A stretch of 64,000 nucleotides of DNA from Malacoraja senta (lineage: Eukaryota), in NCBI GenBank assembly GCA_038087875.1, contig CM075991.1, positions 9,488,001 through 9,552,000 of the forward strand, given 5' to 3'. Position 1 is the first letter of the stretch; each line of letters opens with the position of its first letter. The notes under the pieces are model-generated. The model was not told where the DNA came from. It did not search any database and saw only the letters and a program-made list of their open reading frames with translations. Below, in pieces: positions 1 to 13,356 of this stretch. A program made the translations under genes and the position numbers.

Positions 1-629
1 CCACTGCACATGATATCAACAAATGGCTGAAGGCATTGGATACAGCAGAGACTGTGAGTCCTGGCAACATTCATTTTAGTTCAGTTTAATATTGCCTTGT
101 GTACCGAGGTACCGTGTAATTCTTTATCGTTGCCTGATATCCAGTCAGACCCGCCTGAAGGGTGTCGATCCGAAACGTCACCCATTCCTTCTCTCCAGAG
201 ATGCTGCCTGTCCCGATGAGTTACTCCAGCATCTTGTGTCAATCTTCAGTGAAAAGACTATGCATGATTACAATCAAGCCGTCCACAGTGTACCAATACA
301 GAGTAAAGGGAATAACTTTAGTACAAGATCAAGTCCAATTAAAGATAGTCCAAGGGTTTTCAATGAGGGAGATGGTAGGTCAAGACTCCACTCAAGTTGG
401 TGATAGGATGGTTCAGGAAAAAACTGTTAGTACAGAAGACCTGTGGTCAAAAACTTGCCAAGTCTTTGGTCATTTGGGTAGTTTGAAGGCGAAGATTTAC
501 AGATTCTTAACTATTAAAGGGATATGAGGAGAAGGCAGGAGAATGGAGTTGAGTGGGAAAGATAGATCAGCCATGATTGACGGAGTAGACTCGATGGGCC
601 AAATGGCCTAATTCTGCTCCAATTACTTT

Positions 630-949
630 GGGCGGCATGGTGGCATAGCGGTAGAGCTACTGCCTTACGGTACCAGAGACCCGGGTTCGATCCTGACTAC
701 TAGTGCTGTCTCTACGGAGTTTGTACGTTCTCCCTGTGAACTGCGTGGGTTGACTCCGAGATCTTTGGGTTCCGCCCACACTCCAACGCAGTACAGGTTT
801 GTAGGCTAATTGGCTTGGTATAAATGTAAATTGTCCCCAGTGTGTGTAGGAGTGTTAATGTGCGGGGATCGCTGGACGGTAGGGACACGGTGGGCCGAAG
901 GGCCTGTTTCCACACTGTATCTCTAAATCTAAAACTAAAAACTAAAACT
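630..949 (+). mobile_element. tRNA-derived SINE (HE1/V-SINE-like), full length
   Basis: A box TGGCATAGCGGTAG, B box GGTTCGATCC, central core, CR1-like 3' end, (CTAAA) tail. Confidence 0.85.
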
Positions 950-2632
950 CTGCTCCTTTACATTTCACTACAATTCGAGTGCTACCTGGTCAGGGGTGCT
1001 GGACATCTGGTGAGAAATTAAGCTGAGAACCAATTGCTCTTCTGAGCATGGCTTGAGGAAAACCAAGTGGTCTGGCCAAAGCTATATTACAACCAACTCC
1101 AACAAGATAGACACAAAATGCTGGAATAACTCAGCAGGACAGGCAGCATCTCTGGATAGAAGGAATGGGTGACGTTTCGGGTCGAGACCCTTCAAGAGAT
1201 TGCTTGAGTATTTCCAGCATTTTCACAGGTGCATTTATATGACTCCCCACCAAATGCTCCACCATTTGATCATGGCTGATCTATTGCTCAAATCCATTCT
1301 CCTGTCTTCTCCCCGTAACCTTTGACGGCCTTACTAATCAAGAACCTATCAATCTCTGCTTAAAAAATCCCCAATCACTTGGCCTCCACTGCCTGCTGTG
1401 ACGATAGATTTTACAGATTCCCCACTTCTGGCTAAAAAATATCCTCTTCACTACATTCCTCGTCCATGTAGTGAAACCATGGTACTCGCAAACATATCCT
1501 TCCTTAGATAAGGAATCGAGATCTAAACACAATATTCCAGTTGTGGTCTTATCAGCACCATCTATAATTGGGGCAAGAAGTCTCTACTCTTAGATTCTTG
1601 TATACACACACTTCATGCCAAAAGACTGGACCAGGAGCAGATAATAGCCAATGTTAATCCTTTGCTGCCCAAACTACCCTCATTCCTTTTTCCTGCTTTT
1701 ATGTGGGTTTTGCCCAAAGATAGTAACAACTTTATTTCTAAGAACACAATGCCTGAAGCAATTTATGTTTCGAAAATGTTTTTGAAACTCAACACCCTCT
1801 CGTTAGACTTCACACTTCAGAGATACAGCTTGAAAACAAGCCCTTCGGCCCACCGAGTCGAAGCCGACCAGCGATCACCCCGTACACTAACACCTTCCTA
1901 CACTCCAAGGACAACTTACCATTTTACAGAAGCCAATTAACCTACAAGCCTGTACGTCTTTGGAGCGTGGGAGGAAACCAGAGCAACTGGAGAAAACCCA
2001 CGCGGTCGCAGGGAGAACATACAAACTATTTCCCTTCGAAAAAAAAAGATTTAAACCCAGAAAGAAGCACAAAGCAGCATCTTGAATGGACAGGAGGTCA
2101 TGGACATTATTTAGAGCCAGGCTGTCTTGCGACGACAGCAATATAACTTCCAGTACATCTTTCATATGGCAAATCGGAAGTGCTAGAGTGTAGAGATCGC
2201 AGCTCGTTCTGAGAAGCAGAGGCTTCCAATTACTTTTACAGAGAACTCTGTGCGTGGGAGAAAGAAGTTCCAATGTGAACTGTCGAAATGATTCAACTTA
2301 GGGCTGTCTGGGTTCTGTCTAGTCCATAAATGGAAAGTGAATTTATAAGCTGGGTGTGTAATCAATCACGGGCAGCTGCTCAAAATGCACTAAGAGTAGC
2401 AATCAATAGTTACCAGCTCTGCCTGAAACAACATTGAGATTAAATTCAATTTCAATCAGGTTGCACTGAATAGCTCCATTCAATATCCCTCATACATCAA
2501 GTGTTTCAGAAGAGTATTAGCTGGTCAATCCGCATTGACCATGTTCACGAGGCTCCCTTCTTAATTTATTTCCTTTTCAGGGATCAGGACGATGCACTTA
2601 TTTTACAAGATGCAGAAAATGTATTGTAAAAA

Positions 2633-2990
2633 CACAGAAACATAGAAAATAGGTGCAGGAGTCGGCCCTTCGAGCCAGCACCGCCATTCAATATGATCAT
2701 GGCTGATCATCCAAAATCAGCTGCCCCTTTCCTGCTTTTTCCGCATATCCCTTGATTCTGTTAGCCCTAAGAGCTAAATCTAATGCTCTCTTGAAAACAT
2801 CCAATGAATTGGCCTCCACTGCCTTCTGCGGCAGAGAATTCCGCAGATTCACAACTCTCTGGGAGAAGAAGTTTTTTCCTCATCTCAGTCCTACATGGCC
2901 TACCCCTTATTCTTGAACTGTGACCCCTGGTTCTGGACTCTCCCCAACATCGGGAATATTTTTCCTGCATCTAGCATGTCCAATCCCTTG
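2633..2990 (-). mobile_element. CR1 LINE 3' fragment
   Basis: SRTRGH motif on minus strand; (AGAAACAT) tail. Confidence 0.85.
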
Positions 2991-3204
2991 TACATCTGTA
3001 ACAAGATCAGCAAGCACTCCAAATGCTACCATGTACTGAAATTAGTGGCTTACTGAACTATTTCAGAGAGCACTTTGTTGGGACTGGAGCAATCATGGAG
3101 GTAATTGTCCCTCTGAAAACCGTGGTGCGTCACCTGCAATTCTGTGGCTTGTTAGACCATCTCAGCAGTTATTGAAGAGATGGATCTGCAGTCAGGTGCA
3201 GGCC

Positions 3205-3620
3205 CATAAGTTCTAGAAGCAGAATTAGGCCATTCGGCCCATCAAGTCTACTCCACCATTCATTCATGGCTGATCTATCTTTCCTTCTCAACCCCATTCT
3301 CCTGCCTTCTCCCCATAACCCTTGACACCCTTACTAATCAAGAATCTGTCAATCTCCGCCTTAAGTATATCCATTGTCTTGGCCTCCACAGCGATCTGTG
3401 GCAATGAATTACATAGATCACCCTCTGGTTAAAGATATTCCTTCTTATCTCCTTTCTAAAGGAACTTTCTTTTATCCTGAGGCTATGGCTTCTGGTCCTA
3501 GACTCTCCCACTAGTGGAAACATCCTCTCCACATTCACAGTATCCAGGCCTGTTACTATTAGGTAAGTTTCAATGAGGTCCCCCCCTCATCCTTCTAAAC
3601 TCCAGTGAGTACAGGCCCAG
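3205..3620 (-). mobile_element. CR1 LINE 3' fragment, second subfamily
   Basis: ERMFPLVGESRTRSHSLRIK. Confidence 0.85.
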
Positions 3621-5264
3621 AGATCAAGTAGTTCCACTGTTCGCATCCCTGTATCCCTTCGATATCACCTCTTCCCCAGCAGACAATGGACCATTGTGGG
3701 CTCCACCCTTCCTTGGTCGCTGTTACCAGCCCCGCTTTGTTCTGGCCTTTTCTTACCTCCAGTTCCCTCCCCCTACTTTCAGGGTGAAGAAGGGTCCCGA
3801 CCTGAAATATCACCCATTCTTTTTTTCCAGAGATGCTGCCCGACCCGCTGAGTTACTCCAGCACTTTGTGTCTATCTTCAGTATAAACCAGCATCTGCAG
3901 TTCCTTTCAACACAACCAAGTAGATTTTATGGTCATCATTATTACTAAGACCATGGAACATAGTAACAGCACTGGGCGGCACAGTTACTGTCTCACACCG
4001 TCCGAGACTCGGGTTCGATCGTGCGCAGTTTGCAAGTTTCCCTGTGACCGCGTGGGTTCCCCCCCCGGGTGCTCTGGTTTCCTCCCAAAGACATGTGGGT
4101 TTGTAGGTTAATTGGACTCTGTAAATTGTCACTAGTGTGTAGGGAGTAGATGAGGAAGTGGCATAACATCGGACTAGTGCGAATGGGTGTGTGGGGAGGA
4201 ACTGCAGGAGGTGGTTTAAACCAAAGACAGACATAGAAGGCTGGAGGAACTGAGTGGGTTTGGCAGCATCTCTCTGGAGAAAAGGAATGGGGGGCGTTTC
4301 GGGTCGAGTCTGAAGATGAGTCTCTCAAATGCCTCTCAACACAGCGGGACCTGAAGCCTCACAAACATCAGAGCTTAGACTGAGACACAAGGAACGGCAG
4401 ATGCTGGTTCATAAAAATTACACAAAGTGCTGGAGTAACTCAGCAGGTCAGGCAGCATCTCTGGAGAACATGGAGAGGTGACCTTTCGGGTAGGGACCCT
4501 TCTTCAGATTGAGCTTGGAGCTTGAAGTGCAGTGGGAGTCAGGTTTGGTGTTACAGAAAATATATATTCAATAATACTATGTTGGATGCTGGATGAAATG
4601 CAATGTAACATTCGAGGGAGAGCAGCATAAATCAATGGTGTTGAATAATATCCCCAAGTTAATGATGGAAGATCTTTCAAACATAACCTTGTGAACAACC
4701 ATAACAAATTCTTTAGTACACTGCACAAGAACATACAGAACTGAAAGAATACCACACATTGGTGTTTGTTTTTTAGCTGGGTCTCTGAAGGTTGAGCATC
4801 TCCTAGAACAAGTCAACATTACACTAAGAAACATACTTCCTTTCCAAGTTTCTATGTGACATAGGCAGGTACTATCACAACATTTAAGAGACATTTAGAC
4901 AGGTGCTTGGATAGGCCAAAGGCAAACATGGGCCAAAAGAAAGCAGTTGGGACTAGTGTAAATGGGGCATGTTAAGAAACATTTAGATAGGTACATGGAT
5001 AAGATAGGATAGGCTTGCAGGGATATGGGCCAAACCCAGGCAGGTGGAACTGATGTAGATGGTACATGTACTGAACAACTAACGAACCCTCAGACTATCT
5101 TTGCTTGGACTTTACTGGCTTTACCTTGCACTAAACGTTATTCCCTTATCACGTATCTGTACACTGTTAATGGTTCGATTGTAATCATGTATTTTCTTTC
5201 TGCTGACTGGATCGCACGCAACAAAAGCTTTTCACTGTACCTCGGTGAATGTGACAATAAACTA

Positions 5265-5807
5265 TTGTGTTAAAGAAGGAACTGCAGATGCTGGAAAATC
5301 GAGGTACACAAAAATGCTGGAGAAACTCAGCGGGTGCAGCAGCATCTATGGAGCGAAGGAAATAGGTAACGTTTCGGGCCGAAACCCTTCTTCAGACTGA
5401 TAGGGGGTGGGGAGAAGAAAGGAAAAAAGGAAAAATGCGGAGGAGGAGCCCGAGGGCTGGGGGAGGGGAGGAGACAACCAGATGGCTGATGAAGGGGAGG
5501 GGACAGCAAGGGCTAGCAGAATTGGGAGAATTCAATGTTCAGGCCACCAGGATGTAGACTGCCCAAGCGGAATATGAGGTGCATTTCCTCCAATTTACGG
5601 TGTTGCTCGCTGTGGCCATGGAGGAGACCCAGGACAGAGAGGTCAGATAGAGTTGGAGGGCAGGGGGGATCACAGAGATGGGGCAGTTAGAGAGTTGGGT
5701 GTGGAACAGTCTCCGGAGAGAGGAGGAGAACTTCTTCAAAGTAGGCATACCTTGACGAGATTTCGCAGTGGAGTAGACAAAGTGTTAAAGAAGGAACTGC
5801 AGATGCA
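5265..5807 (-). mobile_element. Internally deleted Penelope-like element (ORF start fused to GIY-YIG C-terminus plus terminal repeat with hammerhead)
   Basis: Minus strand carries ..SDLSVLGLLHGHSEQHRKLEEMHLIFRLGSLHPGGLNIEF; 25-bp direct terminal repeat (5267-5291 and 5782-5806); flanking 14-bp duplication GTGACAATAAACTA. Confidence 0.75.
5368..5395 (-). ncRNA. Minimal hammerhead ribozyme motif (GUU triplet)
   Basis: CUGAAGA-A-GGGUU-UC-GGCCC-GAAAC-GUU downstream of the PLE endonuclease. Confidence 0.6.
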
Positions 5808-6025
5808 GTGACAATAAACTAAACTGAACATGTAGCTCGGCGTGGGTAAGTTGGGCGGAAGGGCCTGTTTTCCACATTGTATGACTCTATGACTAAATAA
5901 AGGACAACAATTGAATTTAACGTGAAACAGCTTTACAAGTGAGAGCATAGAGACTTGATTATTGCATTTAAAATATAAATCTACACAAACTACCAGCTTT
6001 TAAACATTCAGTAATCATCACTTGT

Positions 6026-6217
6026 TGAAGATTGGCACAAAAAACTGGAGTAACTCAGTGGGACAGGCAGCATCTCTGGAGAGAAGGAATGGGTGACGTT
6101 TCGGGTCGAGACCCTTCTTCAGTCTTGACCCAAAACGTCACCCATTCCTTCTCTCCAGAATTGCTGCCTGTCCCGCTGAGTTACTCCAGCATTTTGTGTC
6201 TACCTTTGATTTAAACC
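6026..6217. mobile_element. Inverted doublet of PLE terminal repeats (hairpin element)
   Basis: ctggagtaactcag..gcagcatctctggagagaaggaatgggtgacg and its reverse complement around a hammerhead motif. Confidence 0.7.
6095..6122 (-). ncRNA. Minimal hammerhead ribozyme motif (GUC triplet)
   Basis: Exact CUGAAGA-A-GGGUC-UC-GACCC-GAAAC-GUC. Confidence 0.6.
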
Positions 6218-6635
6218 TTCGATCCTACACATCATCACTTGATAATTTGGCTTCATCTCATCCTTTTAACTTTGATGTGCCGTGAACTATAGACTTGCCC
6301 CCATCGCTCATGGTTTTCGGTGTAATCAAGTCCCATTAGTCCTGCACATCATCTTCATTAGTTGGCCCATCCCACCTTCCAGCCAAACTCTGCCTGACTC
6401 ATTCCATCTCAATCTGAACAAGCGTACCTTTGATGAAAACCAGCAATCAATCCATCAGTCAGAAGCACCTCAGAAAATAAGAATACCGATGATTGATCAC
6501 AATAATTAAGTTATGCATCAAGCCATTCACCTTGAAGGAAAAGCTTTAATGGTTGGTGTCCTTTGAAGAGGACGTTCTCTGGATTTACAAGACACAATTA
6601 GCCAGTTGCGAATGAAGAGCAAAAACTGCGCTCTA

Positions 6636-6940
6636 ATTTAGATTTTATAGTTTTGTAGATGCAGCGCGGATACAGGCCACCGAGTATGCGCCGACCAGTG
6701 ATCCCCGCACATTAACACTATCCTACACACACTAGGGACATTTTTTTTAACATTTATACCAAGTCAATTACCCTACAAACCTGTACATCTTTGGAGTGCG
6801 GGAGGAAACCGAAAATCTCGGAGAAAACCCACTTGGTCACAGGGAGAACAAACAAACTCCGTACAGACAGCACCCGTGGACGGGATCGAACCCGGGTCTC
6901 TGGCGCTGTAAGGCAGCAACTCCGCCACTGTGCCGCCCAC
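6636..6940 (-). mobile_element. tRNA-derived SINE (HE1-like)
   Basis: Reverse complement of the same consensus with A/B boxes. Confidence 0.85.
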
Positions 6941-7375
6941 AATCTGACCTTGTTCATCCACATGAAGCACAGCATCGGAGAATGAGGAGAGGCAGATTTC
7001 AGGGCAGACCTGGTGAGCATCAAGAACCCTGAGGCAAAGCACTGAGCTCACGCCGTAAAGGTCCAACAATCCACTTTCCTTTTATTTCACCAATGCACTT
7101 GTGATGTAGAAACAAGGAACTGCAGGTGCTGGTTAACAAAAGAAGTGCTGGAGTAGCTCAGTGGATCAGGCAGCATCTCTGGAGTACATGGATAAGTAGA
7201 AACAAGGAACTGAGGGAGGAAACCGGAGCACCTGGAGAGAGCCCACGCGGTCCCAAGGAGAACGTACAAACTCCATACAGACAGCACCCATAGTCAGGAT
7301 CAAACCTGAGTCTCTGGTGCTGTAAGGCAATAACTCCACCGCTGCGTCAATATGCCGCCCCATAGAAATTCATCT

Positions 7376-7740
7376 TCATAAAAGGACTGGACAAGCTAGA
7401 TGCAGGAAAAATGTTCCCAATGTTGGGCGAGTCCAGAACCAGGGGCCACAGTCATAGAATAAAGGGGAGGCCATTTAAGACTGAGGTGAGAAAAAAAATT
7501 TCACCCAAAGAGTTGTGAATTTGTGGAATTCCCTGCCACAGAGGGCAGTGGAGGCCAAATCACTGGATGGATTTAAGAGAGAGTTAGATAGAGCTCTAGG
7601 GGCTAGTGGAACCAAGGGATATGGGGAGAAGGCTGGCACGGATTATTGATTGGGGACGATCAGCCATGATCACAATGAATGGCGGTGCTGGCTAGAAGGG
7701 CCGAATGGCCTCCTCCTGCACATATTTTCTATGTTTCTAT
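7376..7740 (+). mobile_element. CR1 LINE 3' fragment
   Basis: Near-identical to 19967-20338; CTATGTTT tail. Confidence 0.85.
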
Positions 7741-8875
7741 CTCCATTCTAAAGGCATGTCCTTTTATTCTGAGACTGTACCCTCTGGTTATTTACTCTCC
7801 CATAACTGGAAACATTCTCTCCACATCCGCTCCATCTGAGCCTCTGAAATGTGGCCTGGCCCGCTGAGCACCCTGTGTCATCTCCAATGGGCAGAAGCCA
7901 CTGTTTCTAAGTTGTATCTCCCAACTAAACTAAAGGAAAACGCTGGCGGCAAGCGCAGTAACTTTATCAGATCTCTACCATACCCTACACCAGCCTCTAC
8001 CCCACTGCTGGTCTGCGAGTAGCCTCTACATGGGGTCAAAGGTCTCCAAGATTCTGGAGTGGTTGACATCAATAACAACACGGATTTGCTGCTACATGCA
8101 TTGTGATTGAATGGTGGAGTAGACTCCATGGGCCAAATGGCCTAATTCTGTTCCTTTGACCAATGAACACATGTACCAGACTGGTCCACCTTCTCTCAAC
8201 ATAGAAGCAAAATGCAGGAGTAACTCAGCAGGACAGGCAGCATTCTGAAGACTCTGAAGAGATGCTGCTTGTCCCGCTGAGTTACTCCAGCTTTTTGTGT
8301 CTATCTCCGGAGTAAACCAGCATCTGCAGTTCTTTCCTGCACCATCTTCTCCCAAGCCCTTCATTTTACACTGGATCTCTCTGATCAATGTTTCCGCAGT
8401 GGGCGATCGATGTAAACTGATTTTCAGTTCAACGAACAAATTGTAAGAAAGAACTTTACAACATTATGCTGATATTTAAGTTAATGAAAGGACCATGCAG
8501 GAACAAGATCTTGGTGCTCCAATAAATCATTGATTTACTGTGCAGTGGATCATGGATGTGCTGATTACTTACAAGGTTCTCACTGGTGGGAGCCTGCTGT
8601 TAATCAGACCTGCACCACAGAGGCAATTCATCCACCACAGGGATCGCCCACGATCTATCCTACTGCAGGAAGGAAAGTTCGTGGTGTTTCCTGCGAGATG
8701 TTCATTTGCACTGGATCAAAGCTACCTGACAATTTGCTTTGGTTTTTCAAGCTGAGCTTCCTCGGCAATAATGCAACCCGATCCGTAGCCAAGTTTATTC
8801 CTGTCCTCGGTCAATGCTTTGTGCCATAAAGCACAGCAGGTCAGGGGCTCATTTTAAGTTGTATCTTTCTCTCTC

Positions 8876-9672
8876 GCACATACACATAGGCACGTGCATG
8901 CAGGCACACCAAGACAGGCACATGCACACACACACACACACACACAGGCGTGCACACGCACACACATTCAGTTGCACACACACACACTCAGTTGCACACA
9001 CACAAAGGCGTGCGCGCACATACACACGCAGGTGCATGCAGGCATGTGCACTCATAAAGGTACATGCCAATACACATACAGGCATGCACACACATGCACA
9101 CTTAAACGTATGCACACAGGGGTGCACACATTCACAGGGGCACACACATAGGGGCACACACACAGGGGCGCACACACACAGGGGCACACACACACAGGGG
9201 CACACACACACAGGGGCACACACACACAGGGGCACATACACACAGGGGCACACACACACAGGGGTGCACACACACAGGGGCACACACACACAGGAGCGCA
9301 CACACACAGGGGCACACACACACAGGGGCGCACACACACAGGGGCACACACACACAGGGGGGCACACACACAGGGGCACACACACACAGGGGCGCACACA
9401 CACAGGGGCGCACACACACAGGGGTGCACACACACAGGGGTGCACACACACACAGGGGCGCACACACACAGGTGCGCACACACACACAGGGGCACACACA
9501 CACAGGGGCACACACACACAGGGGGGCACACACACACACACAGGGGCACACACACACACAGGGGCACACACACACACACAGGGGCACACACACACACACA
9601 GGGGCCCACACACTCACACACACAGGGGCGCGCACACTCACAGGCACACACACTCACACCACACACAGGCAC
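8876..9672. repeat. CA-rich minisatellite, core unit GGGG(CA)4-7
   Basis: Directly visible tandem array; most regular at 9117-9630. Confidence 0.95.
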
Positions 9673-9828
9673 CATGAACAGTTCTACCCCATCTCCAGTA
9701 GCAGGGATAAGAAGGTCCCATGAGGTAGGCTACACTTTCACCCCTTTGATAGGCACAAAATGCTGGAGTAACTCAGCGGGACAGGCAGCATCTCTGGAGA
9801 GAAGGAACGGGTGACGTTGCGGGTGGAG

Positions 9829-10010
9829 ACATAGAAACATAGAAACATAGAAACATAGAAATTAGGTGCAGGAGTAGGCCATTCGGCCCTTCGAGCCTGC
9901 ACCGCCATTCAATATGATCATGGCTGATCATCCAACTCAGTATCCTGTACCTGCCTTCTCTCCATACCCTCTGATCCCTTTAGCCACAAGGGCCACATCT
10001 AACTCCCTTC
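9829..10010 (-). mobile_element. CR1 LINE 3' end
   Basis: (ACATAGAA)4 tail plus CR1 3'UTR. Confidence 0.8.
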
Positions 10011-11447
10011 TTCAGACTCACCCCTTTGCACTTTCACCCCTGTGCCCTGCTGGGCGGAGGCTGTCACGGCACCAGGTAGAAAAGGGACAGGTACTGGGAG
10101 CTGGGGCCAAAGCCGAGAGCCCCTACAAAGGTAATCCCAGGGAAATGTACCTGGCCAGACATGAGTCACCAAAACCAAGCATGCACCAGTTTCCTTGCAA
10201 CATGCACAAATGACACATTTAAAATTGATGGGTTATTTTTTGGACACAATAATCGCACATTAAAAGCTATTCATTAACAGCCCTGTCATTTACTGAGTCT
10301 AATGTTGCAAGGTATGACTCTTTGCTACACACTTGATGAGCTGGTGTGACAGCAATTAATAGAGACATTACTCTTGTTTTCAGGCTTTACAAGCTATTTT
10401 TATTTTAGACTGGTTTTGTCCCATTCTGGTATTTGTGCATGGCCCTGAAATACAGACATGTGGGATCAAATGAAGAGCTGATCATGAGGGAAGATTGGAT
10501 AAATACTTAAGAAGGAACTGCAGATGCTGGAAAATCGAAGGTAGACAAAAGTGCTGGAGAAACTCAGCGGATGCAGCAGCATCTATGGAGCGAAGGAAAT
10601 AGGCAACGTTTTGTTCAATCATGGCTGATCTATCTTTCTATCTTAACCCTATTCCCCTGCTTTCTCCCCATAACCCCTCGCTAATCAAGGATCTATCTAT
10701 CTTTGCCTTAAAATATTCCTTCTCAAAGAGTCAGAGAGTCAATCAGCACCGTAACAGGCCTTTCGGCCCACCATATCCATGCTGACTATCAAATACTTAC
10801 CCACGTCAAGTACCCAGCTCAGTCTGAGGAAAGATCCTAACCCAAACTGTTACCATGTTCTCCAAAGATGCTGCCTGACCTGCTGAGTAACTCCCAGACT
10901 TTGTGTCTTTTTTGGTAAAGCAACATCTTCAGTTCCTTGTATCCACAAGTAACTTCTACACTAATCTCATTTTCCAGCACTTAATCCATAGCCCACTCTC
11001 TGCAATCTGTGCATGGAACCACTTGAACTGTGCTATCGGCTAACTATACAGACACCCTGCTGCTTACCCTGACCCAACACAACAAACCAACAGCCAAGCA
11101 CCACAGGCAAATTGAGAACTGGCCATGCTTATTATTCTGGCATCCTGGTGTTTTGTTAGTGTTTTACTAATCCAACAACCATTAAAGTGCTTCCTTTGTA
11201 ATAAAAGGTATCAACACAAACCAATTGTGTTCGTCAAATTACAGAGATATTTATGTGCTGCTTTCTCCAGCAAGTATGCATGAATGAATTATACTTTATT
11301 GTTCATAAGTGATAGGAGCAGAATTAGGCCATTCGGCCCATCAAGTCTACTCCGCCATTCAATCATGGCTTATTTATCTCTCCCTCCTAATCCCATTCTC
11401 CTGCCTTCTCCCCATAACCCCTGACACCTGTACCGATCAGGAATCTA

Positions 11448-11616
11448 GAAACTCAGCGGGTGCGGCAGCATCTATGGAGCGAAGGAAATAGGCAACGTTT
11501 CGGCCCGAAACGTTGCCTATTTCCTTCGCTCCATAGATGCTGCCGCACCCGCTGAGATTCTCCAGCATTTTTGTCTACCTTCGATTTTCCAGCATCTGCA
11601 GTTCCTTCTTGAACAA
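11448..11616. mobile_element. Fold-back PLE terminal-repeat insertion with TSD, inside a CR1 fragment
   Basis: Palindrome centred on gtttcgg-c-ccgaaac; 13-bp duplication GATCAGGAATCTA at 11435 and 11619. Confidence 0.8.
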
Positions 11617-13356
11617 CTGATCAGGAATCTATCTATCTCTGCCTTAAAAATATCTCTTGACGGCCTCCACAGCCTTCTGTGTCAATGAAATCCACAGATT
11701 CACCACCCTCTGACCAGGGTACCTAGGCACAATGAAATGCTTTGTTTTGCACACAACCTAGGCAGTACACGAGAAACCAAGTGTAAAAGTAAGTGTGAGG
11801 GTAGGGTTGCATCTGTATGACAGATTGAGATTCAACCTCTCCATCCCCATCGCCCCTCTCCCTTCCATTCTGTTGAGATTGATGTGCATCCCTTGTTGAA
11901 GGGACACAAAGTAAGCCTGATGAGCACTTGGCTGGAAAATGCTCGAGGTTGATTGAAAAGATTGCATGGCTGATCAGAAGATTGCTGAGATGCCTGCTCC
12001 TGTATTATTTTGAAGAGAGAAACCTACATTTTCTTAATCAGTCGCACACAGTTAGATCTGATGAATCAAAAGGCATTTAATAAGGTCATAGCTGAACAAA
12101 GAAAACTTCAGAAGCTGTAATTGAAAACGAAAACAGAAAAGGTGGAAGAACGCAGCCATTCATGCAGCATCTGCGGAAAAAGAAACCAAGTGATATTTCA
12201 GATCAGGGACCCTTCCTCAGTAAGTGACCCTAACCCAAAAGCTCATGGCTAATCTGATAGTAACCTCAAATCCACACTCATGTTAATCCCAATATTCTTT
12301 CATCTTAACATGAATCTATCCAATTCTATCTTTAGGATATTCATCAACTTCCATTACATTTTAGAGAGATCCAAAGACTACCCGTTATATGGGAGAAAAA
12401 TTATAACCTCATTTCTGACATAAATGGGCAATGCTTTATTTTTAATTAATGACCCCCTAGTTTAAGATTCTCCTGTTAGAAGAAACATCTTTGTTGAATC
12501 CATCCTGCCAAGACCCATCAGGATCTTGTATGGCTTTAATCAAGTCCTCTGCCTCAGGCAGGTTCTCTGGATGCTTTCAAGAGAGAGCTAGATAGGGCTC
12601 TTAAAAATAGCGGAGTCAGGGGATATGGGGAGAAGGCAGGAACGGGGATGGGGATTGGGGATGATCAGCCATGATCACATTGAATGGAGGTGCTGGCTCG
12701 AAGGGCCGAATGGCCTACTCCTGCACCTATTGTCTATTGTCCATTGTCTCTCTTATTCTTCCAAACTCAGTAAGCCTGGTTTCTCTAACTTCCCTTCAGT
12801 AGACCAACAGCTCATACCAGATAACAGTCCACTAAACAGACTTTGAACTGCTTTCAGCAGGTTAACATTCCTCCCTCGAGTAAAAAAAATACAGCATTAT
12901 GTACACTAGACCACAGTGCGCGCTCACTAACAATCGGTATAAAACTTTGGTTGACAAAAATGCTGGAGAAACTCAGCGGGTGAGGCAGCATCTATGGAGC
13001 AGAGGAAATAGGCAATGTTTCCGGTCAAGACCCTTCTTCAGACTTCAAACCTTTCCTGTGTTTGCAATCTGTTCCCTTCCAGATAAATGATAACATTCTG
13101 ATTACCTGCTGGACTTGCTGTTAGTCTTCACGTACCAGGATATTCAGGTCTTTCAGCATCTCAGATCAGCAATCCTAGGATGTGCATATCTCTGAAGATC
13201 TGCCCTGGTCCCAGCACATTGATGCAATTTGTAAAGGAAGCCTATCAAGCCTCTACTTCCAGAGAAGATGTAGTCCCCCTCCCATACGATACGATAGAAC
13301 ATTATTTATCCCAGGCGGGAAATTGATCTGCCAACAGTCATAAACACACAAAATAC

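Noticed and set aside
630..700. tRNA genes
   Set aside because: A/B boxes belong to SINE heads and continue into SINE bodies.
8814..9814. Long His/Thr- or Cys/Val-rich ORFs up to 287 aa
   Set aside because: Translations of the CA-rich minisatellite, open in most frames.
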